DNA of 59,922 bases, taken from a virus. Taxonomy: Duplodnaviria > Heunggongvirae > Uroviricota > Caudoviricetes > Herelleviridae. The first letter of the stretch is position 1, and each line of letters begins with the position of its first letter. The stretch is taken from the IMG/VR virus record IMGVR_UViG_2974632988_000001, positions 1-59,922 of that record; one strand, given 5' to 3'. The notes beneath the pieces were generated by a model. It saw only the letters and a list, made by a program, of their open reading frames with translations, had not been told where the DNA came from and ran no database searches. This document shows, piece after piece, positions 22,120 through 31,816 of the stretch. The translations under genes and the position numbers were made by a program.

Positions 22120-24059
22120 TGGTTAAAAATGATTTATGGGGCGGATACGTAAATGTAACAGGAACAGGGTTCGACAACGAAGTTCGTATCGAAGTCCAAA
22201 CGGATAAAGGATATCAGTACATACAAGTTGATGAGGATAAGTTTTACGAGATGTTAAAGAAAAATTTAGGTGTCATCGTAGTAGATAGCGAGACTTACTA
22301 TTGGAGTGAGCAGCATGGATGAGTTAGAATCCCTTAAGGATTGGCATAAACTATATAGGCTATTCATCATAAGTCAATTACTTACTACAGAAGATGACCA
22401 ATCGTTTTTATTAGACGTAGCAGATGCTTTCACTAAATTTGTACAGGATGTGGAAGAAGGTAAGATAGAGGTAGATGAGTACGGTCACATCATATCGGGA
22501 AATGAACCTAAGAAGATTAAGTGGTACGAAGATATGGGCAAAGGTAAGTGGAAGACAGTAGCAGACGAGATTAAGAGATGGAGGGGTTAAGATGTACGTA
22601 AGAGTTTGTCAAGACTGTTCAAATAAGCACGACGACATCATAAAAAAGAAGATTAGTAAAGGTGTCATTTATGATGCGCTTTTAACAAATAACAAAGATG
22701 AATGTTATCTAGAGCATATGCACGAGGAAAAGGAAGTAATTAAAGAAGGTATGATGAAAATCAATTATAATTATGAGGATAAGTGGGTGCATAATACAGG
22801 TATTGTAGATTTAGCTGGGTACCCGTCATTAACTGCTTTATTAAGCGCAGAGCGTTTTGTAACGATTTACACAGGCGATAATTACGATATTGAATCTAGC
22901 GTTAGTACGAATCATATTTCTTGGGCTTGTAAAGTTAAGGAAAAAGAAAATGATTGAAAAGCTAAAACTGTCTATCGCGTGTATAGAAGAAGTATTGAAA
23001 GAAGACAGAAATAGATTGGTATCGCCATTACATATCGCCTGTTACAATCGATGGATTGGAGAGTTACGAGCGTATAGACGCATTCTTAAAATGATGGAGG
23101 GGGAAGAGAACAATGGAGATGCGTGAACTGCAACATGCAGCAGCCTTACTAGAATTAAAGAAGAAGTACCAATCATTCTTAGCAGGTGAGCTTGATAAGC
23201 ACCGAATGGCTCAATCCGTGTACGTGTACTGCAATACATGGGGTAAAGAATACGAAAAGGTTATTAATAACTTATAGGAGGGGTTTAATTGGTAGATGTA
23301 TTTACTAGACTTAAAAAAGTGTTTGGTGTAGAACCGGAAGAACAGAAACTCGATACTATATTTGTAGAATTAGAAAAAATTGAAGTCCCAGAACCGGAAC
23401 CAGAAGAACAAAAAGAAGAGGTTACAAAAGAGGAGGAACCAGAAGTGAAGAAAGTCGTTAGAACATCTCCTGTAGAAGTAGGAGATATATTATACAACTG
23501 TGATTTAAATTCTAAGGGAGAACTTAGAGTAGGAGCTTTCCATGAGAAAGTAGAAGTTACCGTAGTAGATATCGATGGCGGAATATTTATTGCAGAATCC
23601 GTTACAAGAAGGGAATTTGGTTCTTACTTAAATGACCGATACATATACTCGATGGATGACATGATGAGACAAAAATCCGGGTACTATAGCGGTTCTACTC
23701 CGGAAAAAGCATTTACCTATAGAGAAAAGTTAACAATCGAAAATGATTTCTGGAGAGGGAAACCTAAAGCTGGAGATATTTACTATGGTAAACGGTTTAT
23801 CGAATCTGACAACACATATAGCTCTATTACAGGTAAGTTTAAAGTGTTAGGTGTTACAACGGAAGCATTCTCCGCAGCACCTATTGACAAGGATAACAAC
23901 TTGGATGAGAATGAAACATTAATCTTTGACATTGATAATCTATTAGAAATATCTTTACATGGTACACACCCAGTTCAATTGTTTACAACACAAGATAACG
24001 CGCATACAGCATATCTACATAAACAAATAGAAAAGAAGAATAGAGAAGCAGCACAATGA
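22119..24059 (+). other. Run of hypothetical CDS (22119, 22306, 22592, ~22950, 23289)
   Basis: Packed ORFs. 23289-24059 has a PEPE/E-rich N-terminus and two similar GDI(L/Y)Y beta modules. Confidence 0.6.
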
Positions 24060-24247
24060 TACATCTAGCTTTATTAGTATTCGTAGTTATACTCGTTTTA
24101 GGGCTAGTTGCTATGCAAGACATGGTAGACAGACCACAAGAGTACGATATAATTCACTTCGCTATCGTACTCACCTGCTTTCTCCTATCTATGTTTTTCA
24201 TAGTAGGTTATATCGATTATATGTGCATAAATTAGGAGGGAATTATA

Positions 24248-24688
24248 ATGACAAGACATACACGCGTAAGACAGATTCATAAGTTTAAAGGAACAAAAGC
24301 AGCATTCGTACAGAATGAACCAATCAAAGATGCGGTAGCGTTTTACAGAGGTCTTGAGGACTTAGATGCATCTTTCCATACAGTTACAACAATCAACCTT
24401 AAGAAAACATATGGTAAAACGCTATTAGGTAACTACAGACTACAGAAGAAGATACAAAAACTTAAGAAAAAGTACAATGGTCAAGTACCGTTACTATGGA
24501 AAATTATAGACCTAGCTAAAAAGAATCCTAAAGTATTAAAGGAAAATAAATACTACCTATATGAAGATGGGACAGGACGTTTCTACACATATGAGTTAGG
24601 TAGAAAGACTATCTATGGATTTATCAGTGACTATGATAAGGCTAGTTACTTATACTTCGATAAACTAGGGAATAAATACTTGGGATAA
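24248..24688 (+). CDS. TRH-family paralogue 5
   Basis: MTRHTRVRQ ... EDLDASF; AGGAGGG RBS. Confidence 0.75.
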   Translation: MTRHTRVRQIHKFKGTKAAFVQNEPIKDAVAFYRGLEDLDASFHTVTTINLKKTYGKTLLGNYRLQKKIQKLKKKYNGQVPLLWKIIDLAKKNPKVLKENKYYLYEDGTGRFYTYELGRKTIYGFISDYDKASYLYFDKLGNKYLG

Positions 24689-24926
24689 GGAGAGATACAT
24701 ATGGAAGTACCTAAACATGTAAGAGTACATATTGTAAACGCTGCTGCGGCTTATGCAGTAGCTACCGTCAGTAATGAATACGTTAGAGACTGGATGGAGA
24801 AGAATGACATCTATAATGACTTTGTAATAGACAACCTAATAGATGCAACAGAGATGACGAATAACCCGGAAGAGTTTATCAAGTTTCTAGAGAAACATAG
24901 TAAAGAAGAATTAGGAGGATAATAAC

Positions 24927-25127
24927 ATGGAAGAAGTTAATTTAAAACATAGGTACTGGATATTCGATATACCCGAGTTTTACCCGACAGGTGGATTATC
25001 AGATATTACATTTACAACAGACAGTGTAGTTCATGCGCTTACACAGGTAGAAGATGACCCGGACTTAATTTTATTCGATTCTATCACAAGATTATACTAC
25101 TGGGAGGAGGATGACGAATGGCGATAG
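24927..25127 (+). CDS. YP-x-GG family paralogue
   Basis: RYWIFDIPEFYPTGGLSDI; AGGAGG RBS. Confidence 0.7.
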   Translation: MEEVNLKHRYWIFDIPEFYPTGGLSDITFTTDSVVHALTQVEDDPDLILFDSITRLYYWEEDDEWR

Positions 25128-25303
25128 TATTCCTTATTACAATTGTATTCGCATTCATCTGGTCAACATATAAGTTATTCGATGGATTCTCACATATACG
25201 TAAGTACACTGTAGGTAGGTTCATGTTACATGCCGTTATATGTGCCACTACAGGAGTAGCGCTAATCATACATATTGCGTTTTGGTTTGTAGAGCGACTA
25301 TAA
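25118..25303 (+). CDS. Small two-TM membrane protein
   Basis: Two hydrophobic helices; GGAGG RBS; followed by an AGCGAC/GTCGCT hairpin. Confidence 0.65.
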   Translation: MAIVFLITIVFAFIWSTYKLFDGFSHIRKYTVGRFMLHAVICATTGVALIIHIAFWFVERL

Positions 25304-25969
25304 CAGGTCGCTTCTCCTTTACTTATTATATCTATACATGCAAATAATACAATACAGAATATTCATTGCTCCGAAAAATTTTCGTATTTTATTGTTGACT
25401 TTAAGTTAATGATGGTGTATTATAAAGGTATAACAAAGAGGAGGTAATACATATGTTTAATTTATTCGTAGGGTTCGTGCTAATATGGTGTGCTATTCAC
25501 AATGATATGAATAGAGGGAAGGATGGGAAGGCGTTAACGACATTGTTAATCTTCATGGCTATTCTCAATATATGTATAGGGGTGTTCTAATGGTAAATAT
25601 ATGGGCAGGTTCTATGCTTATGTTTATGCCGATGTTGTTCTTGGTCGATATGATAATGGATAGTATAGAAGCTTATAAAGGGTGGGAGATGCGTATAATA
25701 CCTAGATTAGTAATAGCAGCTATTATATCTGTCCTTATAATAAGTGGTATAGACTGTATGGCATTATGCGTGAGGTAATGTTTACGTTTAAGATGCGTTT
25801 AATTTAGGTTAAAAAAATTTTTGTGAAAAATTTGAACCCCGGGTAGGCGGGAGGTAGGTACCATCCCCGAACATATGGTCTATAAAGCACGGGGTGGGTT
25901 ATATCTATGAAATTGAATATAGAAAAGGGTTGACAAAATAATACTTGACAAACTAGCATATTCATGGAA

Positions 25970-26173
25970 TCAAATATAGATGACTTTAGCTCCTTCACTC
26001 ATACGCGTTCGCCTTTCCTCTGTCCGTCTCTTCATTGCTATTGACTTAGTAGCGCATATATGCTCACGTACCAGTAGACCGTCGAATGTATGGACTGTAA
26101 ACCTCCAGTTGCCTGTATAGAGTTTGACGGGCTTATCAATGATATACGTATCACTAGTATAGTATAAGCTCAT
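25970..26173 (-). CDS. Small early protein (start corrected to ATG 26173)
   Basis: GGAGGTGA RBS before MSLYYTSD; last gene of the minus-strand block. Confidence 0.65.
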   Translation of the reverse strand: MSLYYTSDTYIIDKPVKLYTGNWRFTVHTFDGLLVREHICATKSIAMKRRTEERRTRMSEGAKVIYI

Positions 26174-26520
26174 GCTCTCACCTCCATCGCATATTGAGTG
26201 ATAGTATTGCATGCGCTATAGGACGCTTGCGCTAGGTGTGATAGTCCAACGCTCGTGACTCTATCGCCTATATAGATTCCATGATATACCTTCTTAATAC
26301 GGCTCTCAATGAATTGCATTTCAATAGCTATAATATCATTGCGCGTGTCATTGAAAGCGCCGTCTATAAGCTCACTAGCCTTAGTCAATCTATCGTTAAT
26401 ATCATTGACAATATCAGTAGTATATGCAATGCCCTGCTCCCACTGGTCGGCTAGATAGTTAGCGTAATTAGCAATCCCTTTTAATTCAATAATAGCAAGC
26501 TCCATTTTAGCAGTTAACAT
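26170..26520 (-). CDS. Early hypothetical protein (start corrected to 26520)
   Basis: AGGAGCTGTTTATT-ATG leader shared with neighbouring early genes. Confidence 0.75.
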   Translation of the reverse strand: MLTAKMELAIIELKGIANYANYLADQWEQGIAYTTDIVNDINDRLTKASELIDGAFNDTRNDIIAIEMQFIESRIKKVYHGIYIGDRVTSVGLSHLAQASYSACNTITQYAMEVRA

Positions 26521-26545
26521 AATAAACAGCTCCTTTATATAATAA

Positions 26546-26731
26546 TTATGAATATATTTCATCTTCAAATACTTGTAATTCTTCACCAGTTGACAAACGT
26601 ATAATATACATGACAACCCCGTCGAACGCGTCATACTCATTAGCGTTCATCGGTCTAACTAATGTAAAAGTCTTTCCATTATGCATAAGCAAGTCACTTT
26701 GATTAGTATTGAATACATTATTTAATTTCAT
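26546..26731 (-). CDS. Small early protein
   Basis: Same AGGAGCTGTTTATT-ATG leader. Confidence 0.75.
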   Translation of the reverse strand: MKLNNVFNTNQSDLLMHNGKTFTLVRPMNANEYDAFDGVVMYIIRLSTGEELQVFEDEIYS

Positions 26732-26764
26732 AATAAACAGCTCCTTTTAAATTGTCAGAATATT

Positions 26765-27268
26765 CTAGCAAGTATATACAAATACCTGTTCGCTAATATC
26801 ATATGTACGCTTTAATTTAGTACGCATAGCACGAGCATGTTTTAGAGCGTCCTTTTCATTATAGAATGTGCCAAATGTAGGATAGATAGATTCGCCGTTG
26901 TCAAGTACAATTTGAACCTCACAGTCGTATACCTCTGCTCCGTCCTCTTCTGTGTTATATACAGCGACCTTTACGTTTTCAATTTCTTCGTACCATTGCC
27001 CTTTTAATTCATCCGCGATAGCCTCTTTAAGCTCCTTAAGAGTCTTTAGGCTATTAGGTGCCTTTTCAGTTTGGACAACCTCTGCTTCGATTAACTCAAC
27101 CGTTGCATGATGCATAATCACATGATAGATATCAACTTCATTTTCAATCCAAAAGTGAGTTTGACCTTTAGAGAAATCCATAACTTTACCCTCTAATACA
27201 CGACCACTATTGAAAGTAACTTTTACCTCTTGACCTAATTCTAATTGACCCATTTCTAATGTTTTCAT
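26765..27268 (-). CDS. Early acidic hypothetical protein
   Basis: GGGAGCTGTT leader; promoter TTGACT(27325-30)-17-TATAAT(27302-07). Confidence 0.8.
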   Translation of the reverse strand: MKTLEMGQLELGQEVKVTFNSGRVLEGKVMDFSKGQTHFWIENEVDIYHVIMHHATVELIEAEVVQTEKAPNSLKTLKELKEAIADELKGQWYEEIENVKVAVYNTEEDGAEVYDCEVQIVLDNGESIYPTFGTFYNEKDALKHARAMRTKLKRTYDISEQVFVYTC

Positions 27269-27432
27269 ATCTCAACAGCTCCCTTTTCTTAAGTTAATTT
27301 TATTATAATATGTACTTTACTAAAAGTCAACAACTATTTTCAACTCGTTGTCGCTCGCTTTAACTAACCTTATCTTAATACTATTATACGCAATTGACAA
27401 GCCCTTTATGACAAATAATTAAAGTTTAAATT

Positions 27433-28330
27433 TTCTGAATATTCGTACTAGTATAACCTGTCTAAATTATCAGAATATTCATAATAAACTTTTAAATTTA
27501 CTTATATATAATAGTATGATAGAATCACGCGCACCTGCTCATACATGCATATATAGAAACTTTTAAATTGTCAGAATATTCAATTAGTCAGAATATTATA
27601 ATTACTTTCCATACCACAAAACTTCAAATCTGTCAAACTTATTTTAAAGGCTCTCAGAAGCCCGTAGAGGCGTTTTAACCTATCCCCCTAGTATTTGTAT
27701 TAGGAAGCCTTCTAAAAGCTCATACAAGAGAAATAGCCCCTCAAACTAGTAATACCAAGGCTTCCCGCTTTCATAGAATCCATGTAAATTGTCAGATAAT
27801 AAGAATATTCTAAATAGTCAGAACATTAACGCAATTCAAACAGCTCCCTATATATACCACAACCTATTATATATGTCAAGTTAATTATGTATTCAGAATT
27901 GTCATACTATTCGTACAACTGCTCCAATCATAAATATTACCATTTGTCAAGTTAATTATATATTCTAAATTATCTGACTATTTAGACAACTATCCTAAAG
28001 TATTTAGAATTATCAGAATATTATGCAAATTATAATAAGTATAGTTATCTGACTATTCTGTCTATTGCAGCAGCATGAACCGTCCTAATTGTCAGACTAT
28101 TCTGCACATTATAATCATTCTCTTATTATATATAATAAAGTTATCTGATAATTGCGAATATTCTAAATAGTTTTACTTCTTTTCATCTCTTGCATTTCAT
28201 CTCTTTTTACTTTAACATACGTGTTAGACAAATGAACGTTTAGCAAGCTGTATATAATATTCTGACAACTTACACATCTTACTATTAGGATATAACCTTC
28301 ATGTTTTCAGAATTGTCAGTCTATTATATA
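27433..28330. repeat. Cluster of ~15 degenerate palindromic sites, consensus TT(G/A)TC(A/T)GA(A/C)TATTCTGACAA
   Basis: Copies near 27433, 27467, 27568, 27585, 27789, 27800, 27815, 27899, 27970, 28010, 28045, 28089, 28141, 28256, 28313; outliers at 25354, 26752, 37772. Confidence 0.85.
27664..27725. other. Imperfect long hairpin with TATTTGTAT loop, copy 1 (copy 2 at 33884-33944)
   Basis: Arms GTAGAGGCGTTTTAA / CTAAAAGCTCATAC; inner CCTA/TAGG stem around the conserved loop. Confidence 0.6.
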
Positions 28331-28368
28331 TAAGGCGTTTGTTTGTCAAGTGGATAAGAGATATAGTG

Positions 28369-28402
28369 AAGACTAGTATTCCAGCGGGCTACTAGTCTTT
28401 TT
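28369..28402 (+). terminator. Terminator-like hairpin
   Basis: AAGACTAGTA/TACTAGTCTT 10-bp stem followed by a T run. Confidence 0.7.
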
Positions 28403-28615
28403 GTGTTATTTGTAGTTGACTACTTACATTTCAACCTTATAATATATGACTCTATTAAACCCCGCGCCCCGCCTCCTCTTATAGATGCAACTTATATACT
28501 CTAGTGTGAGCAGGGCATCAAATTCAAAAGCTGGGGCTTGGATTATTTTTTTTTGTAAGGCTTTATTTTTTGTAAGGCTTTAACCTTTTCAAATTGTTAT
28601 TATATATAATAAACT

Positions 28616-28783
28616 TTAGCCTTTATATAGTACACTCTCTTTAAATTCAGTAACTATACTTTGAACAATAAGAGGTGAGAGCGTCTTTTCTAGTCCTTTT
28701 ATATACTGTAGTAATGTTTCCGACTCTCCTTTATTATATATAGAATACATCTCATGTAATATACCTTCTCTGTTATAATTCAT
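28616..28783 (-). CDS. Small protein, 55 aa (not in ORF track)
   Basis: AAAGGAGC RBS; MNYNREGILHEMYSIY... Confidence 0.65.
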   Translation of the reverse strand: MNYNREGILHEMYSIYNKGESETLLQYIKGLEKTLSPLIVQSIVTEFKESVLYKG

Positions 28784-28804
28784 TATATAAAGCTCCTTTT
28801 TTAT

Positions 28805-29005
28805 TTATAGTATTGTTGTATCCTCTATGCCTACAATATCCTCATTAGGTATATATCTATTTGTTAACCTTCTATGTTTATATATAGCTAGTTTTGTTAT
28901 ATTTGCGTTTACCTCTACAATCTTTCCACTTATCTTATATGTTTTATTACTCACTATTACATCTAGTGTTACATGTCTATTTATATATCTTTCCATGTCT
29001 AACAT
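28805..29005 (-). CDS. Small Sm/SH3-like beta protein
   Basis: AGGAGCTGT leader; alternating beta pattern. Confidence 0.65.
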   Translation of the reverse strand: MLDMERYINRHVTLDVIVSNKTYKISGKIVEVNANITKLAIYKHRRLTNRYIPNEDIVGIEDTTIL

Positions 29006-29020
29006 TATATACAGCTCCTC

Positions 29021-29200
29021 TTATAGTATTATGTATTCTATATCTATTTTAAAGTAACTCACTGTACGTTTAATAGGTTTATCAGGTGATTCTCTTAAGA
29101 ATAGTATAACATCATTACTTGTATACATAGCACTATCTATATAATATATGTTTCCGTCTTTATGTTGAACTCTCTTCCCTGCTAACTCTTTCATGTGCAT
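29021..29200 (-). CDS. Small protein, 59 aa (not in ORF track)
   Basis: AAAGGAGC RBS; MHMKELAGKRVQHKDGNIY... Confidence 0.65.
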   Translation of the reverse strand: MHMKELAGKRVQHKDGNIYYIDSAMYTSNDVILFLRESPDKPIKRTVSYFKIDIEYIIL

Positions 29201-29232
29201 TATTTAATAGCTCCTTTATTATATATTATATA

Positions 29233-30914
29233 TTAGTCTTTATAGTATATGAGTATGCTTGTTATCATTTCTACTTTACTTTGAATGAAGTCATATATTT
29301 CCATTGTTATTTCTGATTCTATATGATATGTCGTGTGAAAGTCTAAGTTATTACATTGTACATACCCCTCATACTTATATGTTTCATTGTTATACATAGC
29401 GCTTATAACCGTTTCAATATGTTTTAACTTTACTCTGTATCTATATGAGCCTATTGTGTCCATTTCCATTTCTTCTACAATGTAGTCAGTACCTTTTGTA
29501 AATTCTTTTGCGATAAGTTCACAGTTTCTTTTATATATTTCTTTACTGGATAAGAATGTCATTATATTACATCTCCTCTATATTTAACTCAATCATAGTC
29601 ATGTAGCTATTAATAGGTATTACAAAGTGTTTGATATTCATTTCTTCTAGTGTGCTTTCCATTTCGTTTACATCATCCGGTTTTATATACACTCTTCCAT
29701 CTTCTAATAATATTTTAACCTTTTCATGTAGTTTCATTTTAAGCCTCCTCTCCGTCCGCTGTGTGCGTTCTGTGTTTATAGAATGCATTGTATAGTTCAT
29801 CGGCTTTAACGCCTGTCACGTAGTTGTTATTTGCGTTATCCGGCTCATGTGGGTAGTCTTCGAACTCTTCACCAATATCTCTGATATAGTCGTCACCGTT
29901 GTAATCCCCTAATAGTAATGAAATGGTATTCAATTCCGCTTGTGATAGTACAGCAATGTAACGCCCTTTTTCAACCGCTTCTATTTTAGCCATTGTTTTT
30001 CCTCCTCTAATTGGATAGTTATATATTAAAAACTAATTGCAAATACTTTGTATCCTTTTTCTGTCACTAAGTAACTTTCCGCCTGTTCTATTGTATTATA
30101 ATGAGACTCACAGACTTGTAAAGCCTCTTCTTTAGAAATAGCCTCGCCTATATCCTGTTCGCAATTCTCGAAAATAGCTGTTATAATATACATTTATTTT
30201 TCCTCCTTTAGTTGTTCTGCTAACTCTATAATTTCTTTTCTACTCAAGTAAATTGATTTATAATCATATCCATCTTTTGCGAGTGGGTTCAATTGATTGA
30301 TTTTAACCATATTATGTTTACTATCTATGTGTACGCACGTTGTTTCATTCACGTCTATTCTAGTCATTATTGTTGACTCCTTCCATTCTGTTTAGTATTT
30401 CATAGCGTGTATAATCTTGTAAAATGTATCTTCCCTCGTGTTTCCATCCTTTTGAAATCCATCTTTCTAACTTTTCGTAGTAGTGTAATAATTCTTTGTT
30501 TGTTAGGTCTTTTAGTTGACTTCCCTTTATAATAGCGCTCTCCGGTACGTTAAACCCTTCGTTCTCTTCTTTTAGTCTTGTAAATACCTTTTTAGTCATT
30601 ACTTAAACCTCCTCATAAGGTGAATAGTCCGTATTAATATTATATGTTTTAATAACTTGTTCTAACGCTACAAAGAAAACATCTTTACTAGTTGTAATGG
30701 TTGTATGTTCTTCACCGTTTGAACCTAGTTTATAATTAGCAAAGATTTTAAATTCATTTTGATTGTTTCCGTTAATCTTAAATGATACAATCACGTCATT
30801 ATCAGGGTGACCGATATAATATTGATGCGCTAATGTTAACCAGTGATATTTTAGCCCTAATTCTTGGAATGTATCTTCTAAAAAATTTCTCATACCTGTA
30901 TATGTTACTTTCAT
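29233..30914 (-). other. Early operon of 7 small CDS (30603-30914, 30360-30599, 30194-30367, 30026-30193, 29739-29993, 29567-29737, 29233-29562)
   Basis: Driven by the repeat promoter at 30980. ORFs abut with GGAGG RBSs; two were read by hand (57 aa and 55 aa). Confidence 0.7.
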
Positions 30915-31004
30915 AATAAAACATCTCCCTTTAATTTGTTTTTTTAACTTAATTTCATTTTAAACCTTTATTTACTGAAAGTCAACAACTTTTTAAAATT
31001 TTAT

Positions 31005-31136
31005 TTATTCCTCGTTTAAACAGTCTTCACATGCATTACATGACCAACAATAACGACAACCGCAACCATTACCACTAGTATCACCACAATCACAACAATT
31101 GTATATTTTTTCGCAATCACACATTTTCTTTTCCAT
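31005..31136 (-). CDS. Cys-rich metallothionein-like microprotein, 43 aa with 11 Cys (not in ORF track)
   Basis: MEKKMCDCEKIYNCCDCGDTSGNGCGCRYCWSCNACEDCLNEE; GGGAGCTG RBS. Confidence 0.75.
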   Translation of the reverse strand: MEKKMCDCEKIYNCCDCGDTSGNGCGCRYCWSCNACEDCLNEE

Positions 31137-31150
31137 TTGTACCAGCTCCC

Positions 31151-31333
31151 TTATTTAACCTTTTCTAACTCACATTGTTTAGCATATGTTACCAAACCAC
31201 CAGATATAACTTTAATCATAGGTAGTTTATCAACTGCACATACCGTGTTATTAGAAATACCGACAACCAACCAAACTCGGTTTTTATTTCCGTCCATGTA
31301 TACCTCATCACGTAAATTAAACATGTTTACCAT
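31151..31333 (-). CDS. Small SH3/KOW-like cassette protein
   Basis: First gene behind the repeat at 31379; AAGGGGG RBS. Confidence 0.7.
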   Translation of the reverse strand: MVNMFNLRDEVYMDGNKNRVWLVVGISNNTVCAVDKLPMIKVISGGLVTYAKQCELEKVK

Positions 31334-31387
31334 CCCCCTTATTAAGTTACCCTCATTGTATCATGTATGTTTTCTAAAAGTCAACAA

Positions 31388-31741
31388 CTATTTACAATTT
31401 CTTTTTAATCCTTTTAAATAGTCCATACCAGCAAATGTTAAACGTATTTTAGTTTTCTTATGTCTCCCTTTTGCTGATATAGTCACGTAACCTTGTTTTT
31501 CTAACTCGTATGCAATAGCGTAAAATTGGTTTATGTCTTGTATGTTAGATTTATGATAAGCGCTGTGAATACTTATAGACTGATATGCAGAGTTCTTTTT
31601 CAGATGAGAAGCTCCACAACAAATCATTTCCATTGTATCCCCTCTTTCCAAACCCTCTGCTATAATCATTTTGTTATGTTCTTGTTGTTTTCTAACAGCC
31701 TTCGCAACCCCTAACAATACGATTAAGTTATTCTTGTTCAT
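31388..31741 (-). CDS. Winged-helix-like cassette protein
   Basis: C-terminal YELEKQGYVTISAKG..IRLTFAGMDYL wHTH pattern; its TAG stop lies inside the next repeat. Confidence 0.65.
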   Translation of the reverse strand: MNKNNLIVLLGVAKAVRKQQEHNKMIIAEGLERGDTMEMICCGASHLKKNSAYQSISIHSAYHKSNIQDINQFYAIAYELEKQGYVTISAKGRHKKTKIRLTFAGMDYLKGLKRNCK

Positions 31742-31816
31742 TCACAGCGCCCCCTAATTAATAAGTTCATTTATCTTACTTATAATATTAAAGGGTTATT
31801 ATCCAAAAGTCAACAA

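Larger units (their letters stand above)
27340..28600. other. Gene-free AT-rich regulatory tract, probably in or beside the long terminal repeat
   Basis: No ORF of 60 aa or more over ~1.3 kb; palindromic motif cluster, orphan TTGACA promoters, hairpins, and TTATTATATATAATAA palindromes at 28123 and 28597. Confidence 0.7.

Noticed and set aside
25920-25970. Tandem TTGACA on + as antisense promoters into the early genes
   Set aside because: No acceptable -10 at 16-18 bp for either copy.
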